64,000 nt of DNA from Eledone cirrhosa (lineage: Eukaryota): the NCBI GenBank assembly GCA_964016885.1, contig OZ024741.1, forward strand, positions 77,376,001 to 77,440,000, written 5' to 3'. A program made the position numbers and the translations under genes. How positions within the stretch are numbered: position 1 is the stretch's first letter; the number at the start of each line of letters is the position of its first letter. The notes under the pieces are model-generated. The model was not told where the DNA came from, did not search any database, and saw nothing but the letters and a program-made list of their open reading frames with translations. Positions 12,251-26,065 of the stretch are shown here, piece after piece.

Positions 12251-15200
12251 ATGACCTCACTCAGAATAGGCAGCATAAATGCGCGTGGCTTGGGGTCGTC
12301 ATGGAAGCAGGGTCACCTGCTCAATGACCTCAGGTCACTAAACATAGATGTAGTGGCCATCAGCGAGACCAGAATCTCCGAAGCATGGGCCTTCGCACCG
12401 ATCTTCGGCGGCTACGATGTGTACGCATCTCCCAGCCGTCCTGGATCGGGGGGAGGAGTTGCTGTGCTTTTTCGGAGAGGTTTGGATCTCGCCATACGGG
12501 CCATCTTCCTGGACCCAGAGGGTAAGTTGGTGGTGCTGGACGTGACCAGCGGAGACGGACAAGATTTCAGGCTAGTGGCCGTCTATGCCCCGACAGGAGC
12601 AGGACGGCCTGATTTCTTCCGGCGTCTGGAGACCTTTCTTGGAACGTCCCGCTCTTTAGTGTTAGTGGGCGACTGGAACGGGATCTTAGATGCACGCTGG
12701 CTGGGACTGTGTGGGATTAGCGGATAGAGGTGGAGGGTGCAAGAGCCTCACCAACCTGCTCAGGCGTTTTGAACTGTCTGACAGGTACCGATTGGATTTC
12801 CCGAATGTGCCAATGTGGACTTGGACAAATCGCATAGGGTCATCCAGATAGAGTATTTTGTAGGGAAATAGATAGGTCTAGCATAGGCTGTCCACAATTC
12901 AAGATAGTCAGCTACACGGATCACAAATTCATGATCTGTGTGCTTGACTTAGATAGGCTTCATAGACGAGGACCCGGCTACTGGAAGCTAAACGCGTCCT
13001 TACCAACGCGCAAGGCCTACAGAGATCGGATTAGCGAACTAGTTAAGCTGGCGTTGACGGGGACCATCGTCAACAACAAGTGGTGGTTTGCTCTGAAAAG
13101 AGCGATTAGAATAGAATCCATTAAGTTTAGTAAGGCTTTAGCAATAGAGAAAAATAGAGCAGAGGGAGAACTGGTTAGAAAATTAGACGAGGCGCTTAAC
13201 AAAGGCATTGCGACCGACGTGCTTGCGGCGAAATTGGCCCTTGACCAATTCTTCAATGCAAAGCACGAAGGCTGCGTTGTCAGAGCAAGGGTGCGTGCTC
13301 CCAGACACGAGGGGATGAAAGCCGTTCAATGGGCCCGAGTGGCGGAGGCGCGTCGTGGCAACAAAGCCACGATCCGGTCTTTGGTGGACCACGACGGGCG
13401 CATGCTACTCGATCCCGGGCAAATGTGTGAAGCTTTTCAGCGACACTTCGCTCAGCTGTTCGGGGGCAGCGGTAGGCCGGGTCGAGGGATGGACTTTAGT
13501 GTCTACCTCGACCGACTGCCGCGGCTCTCGGCCACTGAGGCGGAGTGTTGCGAAAAGCCGATAACAGCCGCTGAAGTACGGGAGGCAATGACTGGCTGCA
13601 CAAGGGGTAAATCGCCTGGTTTGAATGGTCTGCCCTATGAACTTTACGTACAGATGCCAGACTTGTTCGGAGGCCTCTTGGCGGACGTCTACTGCAACTG
13701 GCAACAGAACGAGAGAATTCCCAGCTCTGTGAGTCGAGGAGCGGTGGCACTGCTGAGAAAGGATCCGAACAAGGGGGATAACATAGATAATTTCAGGCCC
13801 ATAACTCTGCTAAACACATAGTTCAAGATTTTGGCCAAGGTGCTAGCAAAGAGGTTGGCGCTTATCGTTGGTGGTCTGGTGGGAGAGGCGCAGACATGCG
13901 CCATTCCCGACAGATCCATCCACGACAACCTCCACCTCATGCGATACATCGTAGAGAGGGTAGCTAGGGAACCTGACACAGGTGGGTCCTTGATCAATTT
14001 AGATCAGTCGAAAGCTTTCGATAGGGTCGACCATCGTTACCTAGCGGCAGTCCTTAGGACAGCTGGCTTTGGGCCCGTCTTCAGAGGCTGGATCGCTGCC
14101 ATGCACAGCGACATCTACTCTGTGGTGAGAGTGAACGGTCACCTTTCGGAACCGTTCAACATCATGCGCTCGGTCCGCCAAGGATGTCCCCTCTCGTCCC
14201 TCTTGTACGTATTGACTCTCGAGCCAATACTGCACAAACTGGAGACGTTGAGGGGGGCCCCGCGCGAACTAGGATGCTGAAGATCCATGTCAGCATATGC
14301 GGACGATGTCACCGTAGTAGTGTCGAACGCCAAACACATCGAGGCGATCGGCACTACACTAAGAGAATACGAAGCGGTGACAGAAGCAATGATCAACCAG
14401 GAAAAGTCAGTGGGCCTGCAGCTCGGCACCTGGAGATGCAGGTTCATGCCGTCCAACAGCGTCGTCGGGCGCTGGACGGACGGACCGGTTAAATTGCTAG
14501 GGGTCTGGTTCGGTCCGGAACTCCAGACGGACAAAAACTGGGACAAGGTGACGAGCAGGGTGGCTTCTCTCACCCAGAAATGGGCGGAGAGGAAGCTATC
14601 TCTGAAAGGTCGAGCGGAGGTGGCTAACGCGTACATCGCGTCCGTCATCTACTAACGCCTGACCGTCGTACCTTGTGCTAAGACCCGCCTGACTGCGCTG
14701 GAGCGTTTGCTCTTTCGCTTTTTGTGGAAGGGACGCGCTCCGATGGTCAGGCGGTCCATCTGCTGTCAGCACCCGCTACGTGGAGGGCTGGGCATGCCGT
14801 GGCTGATGATACGCAGACACGCGCTCAGGCTACGACATCTCCACCTCTTCCTCGACGGTGATCAGGTGTGGTCGCCGTTTGCTAGACACGTCTTTCCCCA
14901 GCTCGTCTCCTTGACGGAGCTGTAGTCCTTTGTCAAGCGAAGACCGAGAGGGAGCGCTTGGAGACTGGAATGTCTTCAGGCGCTCACAGCCCTCGACCAA
15001 TCGGGCAATGTGATCGGTGGAAACTCCACCTTGGCGTTCTATAGAGGATTAGTGGAGGGGAAGAGCGACGACGTACTTGGAGAAACTCTAGGCGTCGACG
15101 AAAATCAACTAGCCAATCTCTTCGGAAGGACTTTCGGGCCGGGGCCTATGGACAACTTCCAGAAATCCCTGGCCTGGCAGTGCTACCGGGGAGCTTTGCC

Positions 15201-15663
15201 AGTTCGGGATAAACTCTACAGGCATGGAGGTGCCGTCAGCCGGGCATGTCCGAGATGCGCTCAGGGCGACGAAACCGTCCTGCACGCACTCTTCCAGTGT
15301 CCGAGCATTGTTGACTTGTGGGTTTATGTCGAACACCTGCTGTCACGTATAGGACGGATCCAGTTATCAGCTGAGTTCATCGTGAGGATTGCCCCGCCCT
15401 CTTCCTTTAGCCGGGAAGGGCAGGCAGTTTTTATCTGTCTGGTGGCCATGGCGAAAGAGATAGTATGGTGGACACGTTTGAAAGGGCTGAAGACGAGCAC
15501 TTACCTCTTCGGTGATGCCCTGATTAACTTTTTCAAATTTCATTTGAAAAGGAAAATCAGGGTAGAGAGGTAAGTGCTCTCTTCCCAGCATTTTGTTGAA
15601 AGATGGGTGAGAGAAGCAAGTATGGCCCGAGTGAATGGGCCTACTCTGAGTATGTGTCTGTAA
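12251..15663 (+). pseudogene. LINE ORF2: APE endonuclease, reverse transcriptase, C-terminal zinc finger; several stops and frameshifts
   Basis: SINARGL, ISET, VYAP, VGDWN, TDH, GPGYWKLN, KSPGLNG, FRPITLLN, DQSKAFDRV, VRQGCPLS, YADD, CPRC..HALFQC. Confidence 0.93.
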
Positions 15664-15922
15664 ATTAAAGGTGGAAAACTGGGAGAGGGCACTTGCCCTG
15701 GTGGCCAGGGTCACTGTGGTCTTTTAATGGGCTTTCTCCACAAATGTCCCTCGGAAGTCTTCCCCCTATTGGGGAATTTTTCTTTGTTATTTTATTTCAA
15801 CCTCTGTTTTTTTTACACGCAGAAATGCCCATTTGTACCGTCCTGTATTGTCCTGTACTGTCCTTAATGTCTACTTTATGTAAACCCTTGTGGTTAATAA
15901 AGAAAACATTATTATTATTATT

Positions 15923-17517
15923 ATTGTTGTTGTTATTCCTTGAATCTCAGTCATTGATGTTGGTTAACTGGAAAGTCCGTTGGAATGAATATCAAGCCAC
16001 TACCTGCAGCCTCAGATATTCAGGACGTATCGGAGGGTTCTTGCTGTTCCAAGCAAGCATGCCTTTTGAAGCGTTCCAAAAAGCGTGAAGGGGCCGATTT
16101 TCTTTAACCATCCCTGGAAACTTTTGGAGATAGTCCCCAGTGCGCCTATGACAATCGGGATCACTTTGACTTCATGGCAGTTCCAAATCCTTTTCACCTC
16201 CCACTTTAGGTCCTGGTATCGGTTAATTTTCTCCCTCTCCTTCTCTTGCACTCTCGTGTCGAATGGGCAGGCCACATCCACAATCAGACACGATCTTTTT
16301 TCTTTGTCCACAACCACCAGGTCAGGTCTATTGTGTTCCAGTTTTTTGTCCGTCTGTATCCTAAAATCCCACAGCACCTTCACCTGATTGTTCTCCATCA
16401 CCGCTTCTGGCCTATGCTCATACCATTTCTCAGAATGTGGTAAATTGTTTACTTTGCACAGGTGCCAGTGGATCACCCTGCCCATCACATCGTGTCTCCA
16501 GCCCTTATAGTGGGTCTGGGCTAGGTGTTTACACTCGGACACAATGTGAGCCACAGTCTCCTCTCTCTCTCCACAGATCCTGCACAGTGGGCTAGCCTCC
16601 TCCTTGTAAATATGGTGCTTCAACCACTTCGTTTTGAGGGCCTGCTCCTGCGCAGCCATTAGCATTCCTTCTGTAGCCTTTTTGAGGTCTCCTCTTCTCA
16701 ACCAGTTCCATGTCTGTGGATCATCTCTAAATTCAGTTTTCTCAAAGAAGGTACTATGAAGGGATTTTCCCTTAAGGCTGCTCTTCCTCCTTGATGTTAT
16801 TTCCTCCTTGGACATCCCCTGGCCTACTGTCCCCTCCTTCAGTACAGTTCTGAGCATTGGCTCCTTACTATAGGTCACGTATTTGTATAGGTTGTTTTTC
16901 TCCATCTGAACACAGTCCTCTATGCTGATAAGACCTCTTCCACCCTCAGATCTCCTTAGGTAGAGTCTATCGACATCACTCCTCTTGTGGAACATGTTGT
17001 AGATAGTCAATAGCTTCCTAGTCTTCCTATCCATTTCTTTTTGTTCAGCAACATTCCATCTCAGAATTCCCGCACTGTACCTAATAATAGACAGCTCGGG
17101 AATTTACTGCGCTTATGGTATTTCTGCTGTTCAGATGTGACTTCAATACGCTCCTTACTCTCCGAATGTATTCAGTTCTTAACAATTCCTTCATTTTTTT
17201 GTTCTTTATGCCATCAGCCTCCAGAACGCCCAAATACTTGTATCCTTCCTCAGAGTCAATTTCCTTTATCATCTCACCTGTTGGTATCTGGATCCCGTTA
17301 CTTCTGCTCAACCTACTCCTCCTCATCACAATGACTCCACATTTACTAATAACAAACTGCATACATATATCACTGCTGAAAATACGGACAGTGTCAACAA
17401 GCACATCCAACTCCTTCTCACTTTTCCCGAAGAGCTTAAGATCGTCCATGAAGAGGAGGTGATTGATGGTAAGCTCTCCCTTTCCCAACTTGTATCCTGC
17501 TCTCACTTTTCGCAGCA

Positions 17518-17519
<2 letters not shown>
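15923..17519 (-). mobile_element. Dong/R4-type LINE copy 2, 5'-truncated, nearly identical to 1103-2700
   Basis: ORFs 17081-17518 and 16012-17034 match copy 1 almost residue for residue; 2-bp deletion near 17090; TTA repeats on both sides. Confidence 0.95.
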
Positions 17520-17564
<45 letters not shown>

Positions 17565-17627
17565 CTGTCAATGCAAGAGTTACGTAAGAATTGTTTGCAT
17601 GCATGTTTAGGTATTCGTTTATATATA

Positions 17628-17678
<51 letters not shown>

Positions 17679-17731
17679 TAAAGTATAGAAATTGTTGTGA
17701 GCGTGAAGCCAACAGTATTTCATAATGTATA

Positions 17732-17781
<50 letters not shown>

Positions 17782-18687
17782 ATATATGCGGAAATAACCG
17801 TGAGCAAAGGCCGAATTCATTCAATATCCATTTGTTTATAATTATTTTAAAACAACGTAACATCATCAGTTACGGATAATATGGAAGCCAGCACTAATAG
17901 AAAAGCCTCAATTACCCCCCCCCCCCCAAAAAAAAGCAATAGTTAGCCATTCTTATAAAGAAATCAATCTTGTTTGTCGAAGCCACAGAATCATGGACAG
18001 ATCATTCACATGACAGCAAAGAGGTTAATTCTTTATAGGTGTTTGAACCAGTAAATCAAAAGAATCAGTAACGACCACTCCAACAGAGACAGGAAAATGT
18101 CTAAAGAGTGTATAGTTTACTATATAGCCAATAAACATAGGGAGAAAATACCAGATTGTACCAGCTTTGTACGGTGAGGAAGATGAGACCAAGTGGCTCT
18201 GAACCACAACAGGCTTCTCCGATAAATACATCATACCCCATTCTACGTCACAATGTATAATGTTTCACCTGACACTATCGCAAGGTAACCGGTAATAATG
18301 TTGGAGGGGTATAGGAAGATTATTTAAATCAGCCTCATACCATAATTGGAAGTTCAAATAGAGGTCCATATACGATTCGTTGATGTGAATCTCATGTGGA
18401 TCATCATCAACAACAAAAATAACAGTAGCAACGTTGAAGTCTGTACGTTCCCAGCTACACTGTTAGAAATAGCAGCCAAACCAACCTCACCCCTCCTCTT
18501 CCACTGCATCATTATCATCACTGTCAACATCCTTATCATCCTCATTAACACCATCATTGTCAGCATCAATAACATTATCTTCATCTGGAGTGACATTATC
18601 ATTACCATTAACCATATTACCATAACGATTAACATCAGGATCATCATTATTAAACTGTTATCATCACTCTCAGTCACATTATCATTC

Positions 18688-19660
18688 CCATGGTCACCAT
18701 TATTACATCACCATGGTCACCATTATTACATCACCATCTGCACCATTATCATCATCACCATGTGTACCATTATTACATCACCATGGTCACCATTATTACA
18801 TCACCATGGTCACCATTATTACATCACCATGGTCACCATTATTGCATAACCATGTGCACCATTATTACATACCCATGTGCACCATTATTACATCACCGTG
18901 TGCACCATTATTACATAACCATGTGCATCATTATTACATAACCATGTGCATCATTATTACATAACCATGTGCACCATTATTACATCACCGTGTGCATCAT
19001 TATTACATAACCATGTGCACCATTATTACATACCCATGTGCACCATTATTACATCACCGTGTGCACCATTATTACATAACCATGTGCATCATTATTACAT
19101 AACCATGTGCATCATTATTACATAACCATGTGCATCATTATTACATAACCATGTGCACCATTATTACATAACCATGTGCATCATTATTACATAACCATGT
19201 GCACCATTATTACATCACCGTGTGCATCATTATTACATAACCATGTGCACCATTATTACATACCCATGTGCACCATTATTACATAACCATGTGCATCATT
19301 ATTACATAACCATGTGCACCATTATTACATCACGATGGTCACCATTATTGCATCACCATGTGCACCATTATTACATCACCATGTGCACCATTATCATCAT
19401 CACCATGTGTACCATTATTACATCACCATGGTCACCATTATTACATCACCATCTGCACCATTATTACATCACCATGGTCACCATTATTACATAACTATGT
19501 GCACCATTATTACATCACCATGTGTACCATTATTACATCACCATGGTCACCATTATTACATCACCATGGTCACCATTATTACATCACCATGGTCACCATT
19601 ATTACATCACCATGGTCACCATTATTACATCACCATGGTCACCATTATTACATCACTATC
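18688..19660. repeat. 23-bp minisatellite (catcaccatggtcaccattatta / cataaccatgtgcaccattatta)
   Basis: About 40 tandem units of two variant classes. Confidence 0.95.
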
Positions 19661-19714
19661 AGATTTATTATCATCACAATGAACATCATTATCATCGGCA
19701 ACATCAACACCACT

Positions 19715-20115
19715 TTCATCACCATCAACACTATTACCATCACCATCAACACTATTACCATCACCATCAACACTATTACCATCACCATCAACACTATTAC
19801 CATCACCATCAACACTATTACCATCACCTTAAACGCCATGATCATCACCATCAACACTATTACCATCACCATCAACACTATTACCATCACCATCAACACT
19901 ATTACCATCACCATCAACACTATTACCATCACCATCAACACTATTACCATCACCATCAACACTATTACCATCACCTTAAACGCCATGATCATCACCATCA
20001 ACACTATTACCATCACCATCAACACTATTACCATCACCATCAACACTATTACCATCACCTTAAACGCCATGATCATCACCACCTTCAAATCCATTGTCAT
20101 CACCATCAACACCAT
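19715..20115. repeat. 21-bp minisatellite (accatcaccatcaacactatt) with a recurring variant unit
   Basis: Tandem units; the variant accttaaacgccatgatc occurs three times. Confidence 0.95.
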
Positions 20116-20629
20116 AGTCATCCCCATAACGCCATTATTATCATCACCATCAACACCATTATCATAACCTCACCAACCTTATTGCCGCCATCAACATTAT
20201 TATCACCATAATTAACAGCCCTATTAGAAGCATTATCACCATTATCATCATTATCATCCCAGTGAACACCATCATCAACACCATTATCACACCATTTCAC
20301 ACTACTATCATCACCATTGACAACACTACTATCAACATCAACATCAGTATCATCAATATCAACATTAGAATCGCCACTAACAACAGCAACAACAGCGGTA
20401 AAATCATTCTCAGTAACGGCAATTGAAGAAACTCAGAGCTGTTACAGTGAGAAGTGTGCTATAACAATGGAGGTGAGTAGGCGGAGTGTCTAAATATATA
20501 ATTAATCTATATTCCCTTACTAACTAACAGCTGAATTGATCGTTGTTCAGTACCATAATTGTGTAGATACATCAACATCAATATTCTTACTGATTTATGA
20601 AGGTCACTAAGGAATATATGTTTGTGTTT

Positions 20630-20768
<139 letters not shown>

Positions 20769-20769
20769 T

Positions 20770-21030
20770 ATGTATGTATGTATACGTACATACATATATG
20801 TATACAGACGTACAATAGTATGTATATATATACATACATGCACACATATATATATGCACGTATCGGTTTACCGAACATTTATTATAATGCTCGGTTTGTT
20901 TGTAAACAACATACATATATGTATACGTCTGTATACATATATGTATGTACCTATACATACATACATACATACTTACATTTAAGTAAGTGCCGTACTAAGA
21001 GTGAGAAATGAAATTTCATTTCATTCTATT
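20770..21030. repeat. Degenerate, internally inverted fragment of the 419-bp unit family
   Basis: ccgaacatttattataatgctcgg and ccgtactaagagtgagaaatgaaa match 21510-22600; another fragment at 30115-30300. Confidence 0.75.
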
Positions 21031-21031
21031 C

Positions 21032-21062
<31 letters not shown>

Positions 21063-21295
21063 TTTTTTTCAATCACATATTTTTTTATTTGTTTGACCCG
21101 AATTACTTGGTCGTTTCTATGGCTATGCGGATGATGGTTTAACCATCGTCTCAGTGTGTTTGGCCTTTAACGTATGTTGTAGCTCTGGTTCGTCAAAATT
21201 ATTGAGCGCTTGCCACACATCGCGGAAGTTGTTTTTCGCTAATTCCTAAGCCGAAATACGATTCTCACTAATTTTTATTTTTATATATATATGTT

Positions 21296-21393
<98 letters not shown>

Positions 21394-21400
21394 TATATAA

Positions 21401-22691
<1,291 letters not shown>

Positions 22692-22759
22692 TATATATAC
22701 ATACATATATATATATATATATACACATATAAATATATATATACATACATATATATATA

Positions 22760-23999
22760 TATTTCGTTTCTGAATTTGTTTAGCAAGATTCTTTATCTGA
22801 AATCGTGTGTTGAAACCGATATTGTTATACTTTGGGAGGGTCATGTTGCCAATAAGAAACACACGCAGCAGTTGCTTTCACTTCAATTTATTATAATAAA
22901 CTTGTAAATTTAGGAATTTATAAATTTCTGGTTGGTTGGTTGGTTCCACAACCAGATAGTTGTTTATATATTGTCAAAGTTCTTTCGTCACACATTCTGT
23001 GATCTCTTCAGTGACTGGGAATCTTTTCTTTGTTTTTGTGCTTCTCCTTTGTTCTGTCCTACGCCATTTTGTTTCTCTGTGTGTGTTGTGTGCTCAGTCT
23101 GCGCATGCGCCACATCCGGGTGTCTGTGTGTGTTTATATTCGTTTATTTATTTGTTTATTTACATGTTACCGGTTGGTTGTTTGTTCTATGTGTGTGTGT
23201 ATTTTCATTTTGTCCTTAATTGTAAGTTGTGATGTTGCTGTTCCACTCATATTTTCTATTTAATTTTGGTTGTAATTCTTTTATGTTTATTGCCTCTGTG
23301 ATTTGTCTAAACATTGCGTCTTTTCTGTGTGTAGATTCTATTTTTATTTCTATGTTCTCTAATTTACCCTTATGTTCTATTTTAGCATGTTGGTAGAGTA
23401 CAGATTATTCTTTACTATCTTGAAGGTCTCGCCAGTGTTCATTTATCCGTTCCCCTACACTACGAGCTGTCTCACCTATGTACACTATATTTTTGTCTCT
23501 ACATTGTCCTTCAGTACATCTTATGCTATACACTACATTTCTAGTTTTACAGTTAATATGGGGGCTTATTTTACAGGTTATACATTTCTTATCTATACAG
23601 GGGGGGGGGTCTTTAAAAAGGGTATGTCTTGCTAATAAGTGTTTTTACGGAGGTACCTGGTCTTTCTACTATCTTACTTTGAGTTTATGATTATCTAGGG
23701 CCCTTCTAAATTTGTAAGCTAATTCACCTCTAGGGGTTGTATCGATGAACATTACACTCTGGTATTTATTGTTATCATGCCATGAGTTTATTCTATTAGC
23801 CTTATTCCTAGTTCTTTCTATTCTATTCTAAAATTTGCTCCTATACAAGGGGCAGGTCCCATTTGTGTCATTATTTACCATTTTTCCCATTTGGTTCTGG
23901 CTCCTCTATACACTCTGATTTTATCTCTCTAGAAATGTAGTGTATAGCATAAGATGTACTGAAGGACAATGTAGAGACAAAAATATAGTGTACATAGGT
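22760..23999 (-). mobile_element. Penelope-like element (Neptune/Nematis-type), 5'-truncated with an inverted segment; absent from the ORF track
   Basis: Manual minus translation ~23915-23235: PLYRSK, SVMFIDTTPRGELA, IVERPGTS, CIDKKCITC, CKTRNVVYSIRC, VYIGETARSVGERINEH, LYQHAKIEH, RQITEAINI, LNRKYEW. 23930-23999 is the reverse complement of 23474-23543. Confidence 0.85.
22973..23015 (-). ncRNA. Minimal hammerhead-like motif in the PLE terminal repeat
   Basis: Minus: gtca-CTGAAGA-gatcacagaatgtgtgac-GAAA-gaac-TT-tgac; related copy on plus at ~34283-34323. Confidence 0.65.
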
Positions 24000-24106
24000 T
24001 GCTGACGATAGCTAATAAGCATGAAACTAGTACAGCGTTCCTTTGTCAGTGTTGTCCCTCCTAGGTCTCTGAAATCACCAACTGCGTTGGGGAATTTCAT
24101 TTTAAT

Positions 24107-24257
24107 AGAAGAAGAAGAAGAAGAAGAAGAAGAAGAAGAAGAAGAAGAAGAAGAAGAAGAAGAAGAAGAAGAAGGGGGAGGAGGAGGAGGAGGAGGAAGA
24201 GTGATAATGAGGTAGAGGGGGAGAGGGAGGGATGGTGATGATGATGATGATGATGAA

Positions 24258-24317
<60 letters not shown>

Positions 24318-24360
24318 CAGCAGCAGCAGCAGCAGCAGCAAGAGGAGAAGGAGGAGGAGC
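24107..24360. repeat. Compound trinucleotide microsatellite (GAA, GGA, GAT, TAG, CAG)
   Basis: Read directly from the sequence. Confidence 0.95.
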
Positions 24361-25015
24361 TCTGAACTGATGAATTGTTGAACACATCTCCATCGCTATT
24401 TATTCATGAATTTCCAATACTATTTTGCTAGCATTTATTTCTATCATAATGAATTTGACATACCTCGGAAGGTGGCTCAATACTTCAGTACTGTCATATA
24501 TTCATTAGCACCAAACTTCATCAACAAGAACCTCTACTTCTACACAACTCCAGCTGTTATATTGCAGCTTCAGATATTATATTGACCATACACGTGCAAC
24601 ATATTTTTGTCGGTTCACCAAACACAACACAACACAAAACAAAAAATAGATAGGAAAACTTTAATATACAACACATCCATATTCTGCAGAATTCACTACA
24701 AAATAGACGATTGGTGTGGGAAACAATGCTAAAATATACAACAGGCAACAAACATGAGTCACAAATATAATATACACATGACTGTTGATGTATAAATCAG
24801 TCAAATTCCGGTCTTAATGCCTACACTAATCACATTGGTTATGGCTACTATAAAGAATAAAATATACGAAAAGAAAAGCTATTATGCATGTGTGTGTGTA
24901 TGTGTGCGTATGTGTGTGTGTGTCTGTGTGTGTATGTGTGTATGTTTGAGTGTATGTGTGGGGGGGGGGGTGAGTGTATGTTATATGTGATGAGGCTATT
25001 ATCTATCTTTTAATG

Positions 25016-25207
25016 TATAACTGTTTCTACTTTTGGCACAAGGCCAGCAATTACCCAGTACATTACTGGTACTTTATTTTATCGACCCATAAGGATGAAA
25101 GACAAAGTTAACCTCGGCGTGATTTGAACTCAGATCGTAAAGGGACGTAACTCTTCGCGTCAAAGCATGGCGTCGGACCCTCTACTGATACTGCCAATCC
25201 ACCGCCC
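25016..25207 (-). mobile_element. SINE, family A
   Basis: Reverse complement of ggcagtatc..gagttcaaatc(B-box-like)..ccgaggttaactttgcctttcatcctt..gtcgataaaataaagtaccag..gccttgtgccaaaagtagaaac; eight or more copies in the window. Confidence 0.85.
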
Positions 25208-25323
25208 TTTGAAACAGTGATGATGATGGTGATTATATATTGTTTTAATCTCAGATAAGATCACAAAATCTGGTCTGCAACAGCTCTATCTCCAACTGTA
25301 CTAAGTGAACCAATAACAATAGG

Positions 25324-26062
25324 TACGAGGTGTGTCAGAGAAATATAACAGGACTTAGTCTGCTGTGTGAGCTATGAGTTGGTAGGAATTAACGGGTTGC
25401 GTCACCGTGTGACATAATATCCGGCGAGTACATAACTGCGATCCCAGCTTATTGCAGCCATTGTATCTTTTTTTCACGTGCTTTTGTTAACAACTCAATT
25501 TTAGGCCGCCGAGCGATGGTCACATAGCAACAAATGAACCTTAAACTTCTGGTCTGGCTGGGAAAACTCTGTCAGAAGCATACGGAGTACTGCAGCATGT
25601 GTACGTAGATGAGACGATGTCGCGCTCACGGATTTTCGAGTGGCACAAAAGGTTCAAATAAGGGCGCGAAGACGTGGAAGATGACCCAAGAAGCAGAAGG
25701 CCTTCAACTAGCAGAACTGAGGCTAATGTTGAGCGGGTCAAGCAGGTAGTGTGTGGCAATCGTCGGCTGACCGTTCGACTGATCGCAAGTGAGCTGGGTA
25801 TGAACTACGACATCGTTTGGAAGATTTGGGCATTTGGAAGTTCTGCACGAAGATGGTGCCGAAGCTGCTGAACGTGGAAGGTGTGTCAGGAGGAGCGTGG
25901 AAGGTGTGTCAGGAGGAGCGTGGAAGGTGTGTCAGGAGGAGCGTGAAAGGTGTGTCAGAAGGAGCGTGGAAGGTGTGCCAGGACATTCTCGAGAGTCTTG
26001 AAACTGAAACAGACTTTCTCTTTTTCTCCAAGCTCAAGAGGGTCATCAAGGGGAGCTGTTTT
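25324..26062 (+). mobile_element. Mariner element relic (left TIR and HTH region of transposase, internally deleted)
   Basis: Begins TA-cgaggtgtgtc; encodes [53 protein letters not shown], then DFLFFSKLKRVIKG. Confidence 0.85.
25873..25983 (+). repeat. Five copies of a 23-bp unit within the mariner relic
   Basis: cgtggaaggtgtgtcaggaggag tandem. Confidence 0.9.
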
Positions 26063-26065
26063 CCG

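Larger units (their letters stand above)
9870..15922 (+). mobile_element. Apparently full-length (~6.05 kb) Tx1/L1-clade LINE, inactivated, flanked by (TTA)n
   Basis: 5' UTR, ORF1, ORF2 (APE, RT, zinc finger), 3' UTR, AATAAA near 15896 and TTA tail. Confidence 0.92.

Noticed and set aside
18690-20211. His-rich and Ile/Thr-rich ORFs
   Set aside because: Products of 23-bp and 21-bp minisatellites; the 23-bp unit rotates the reading frame.
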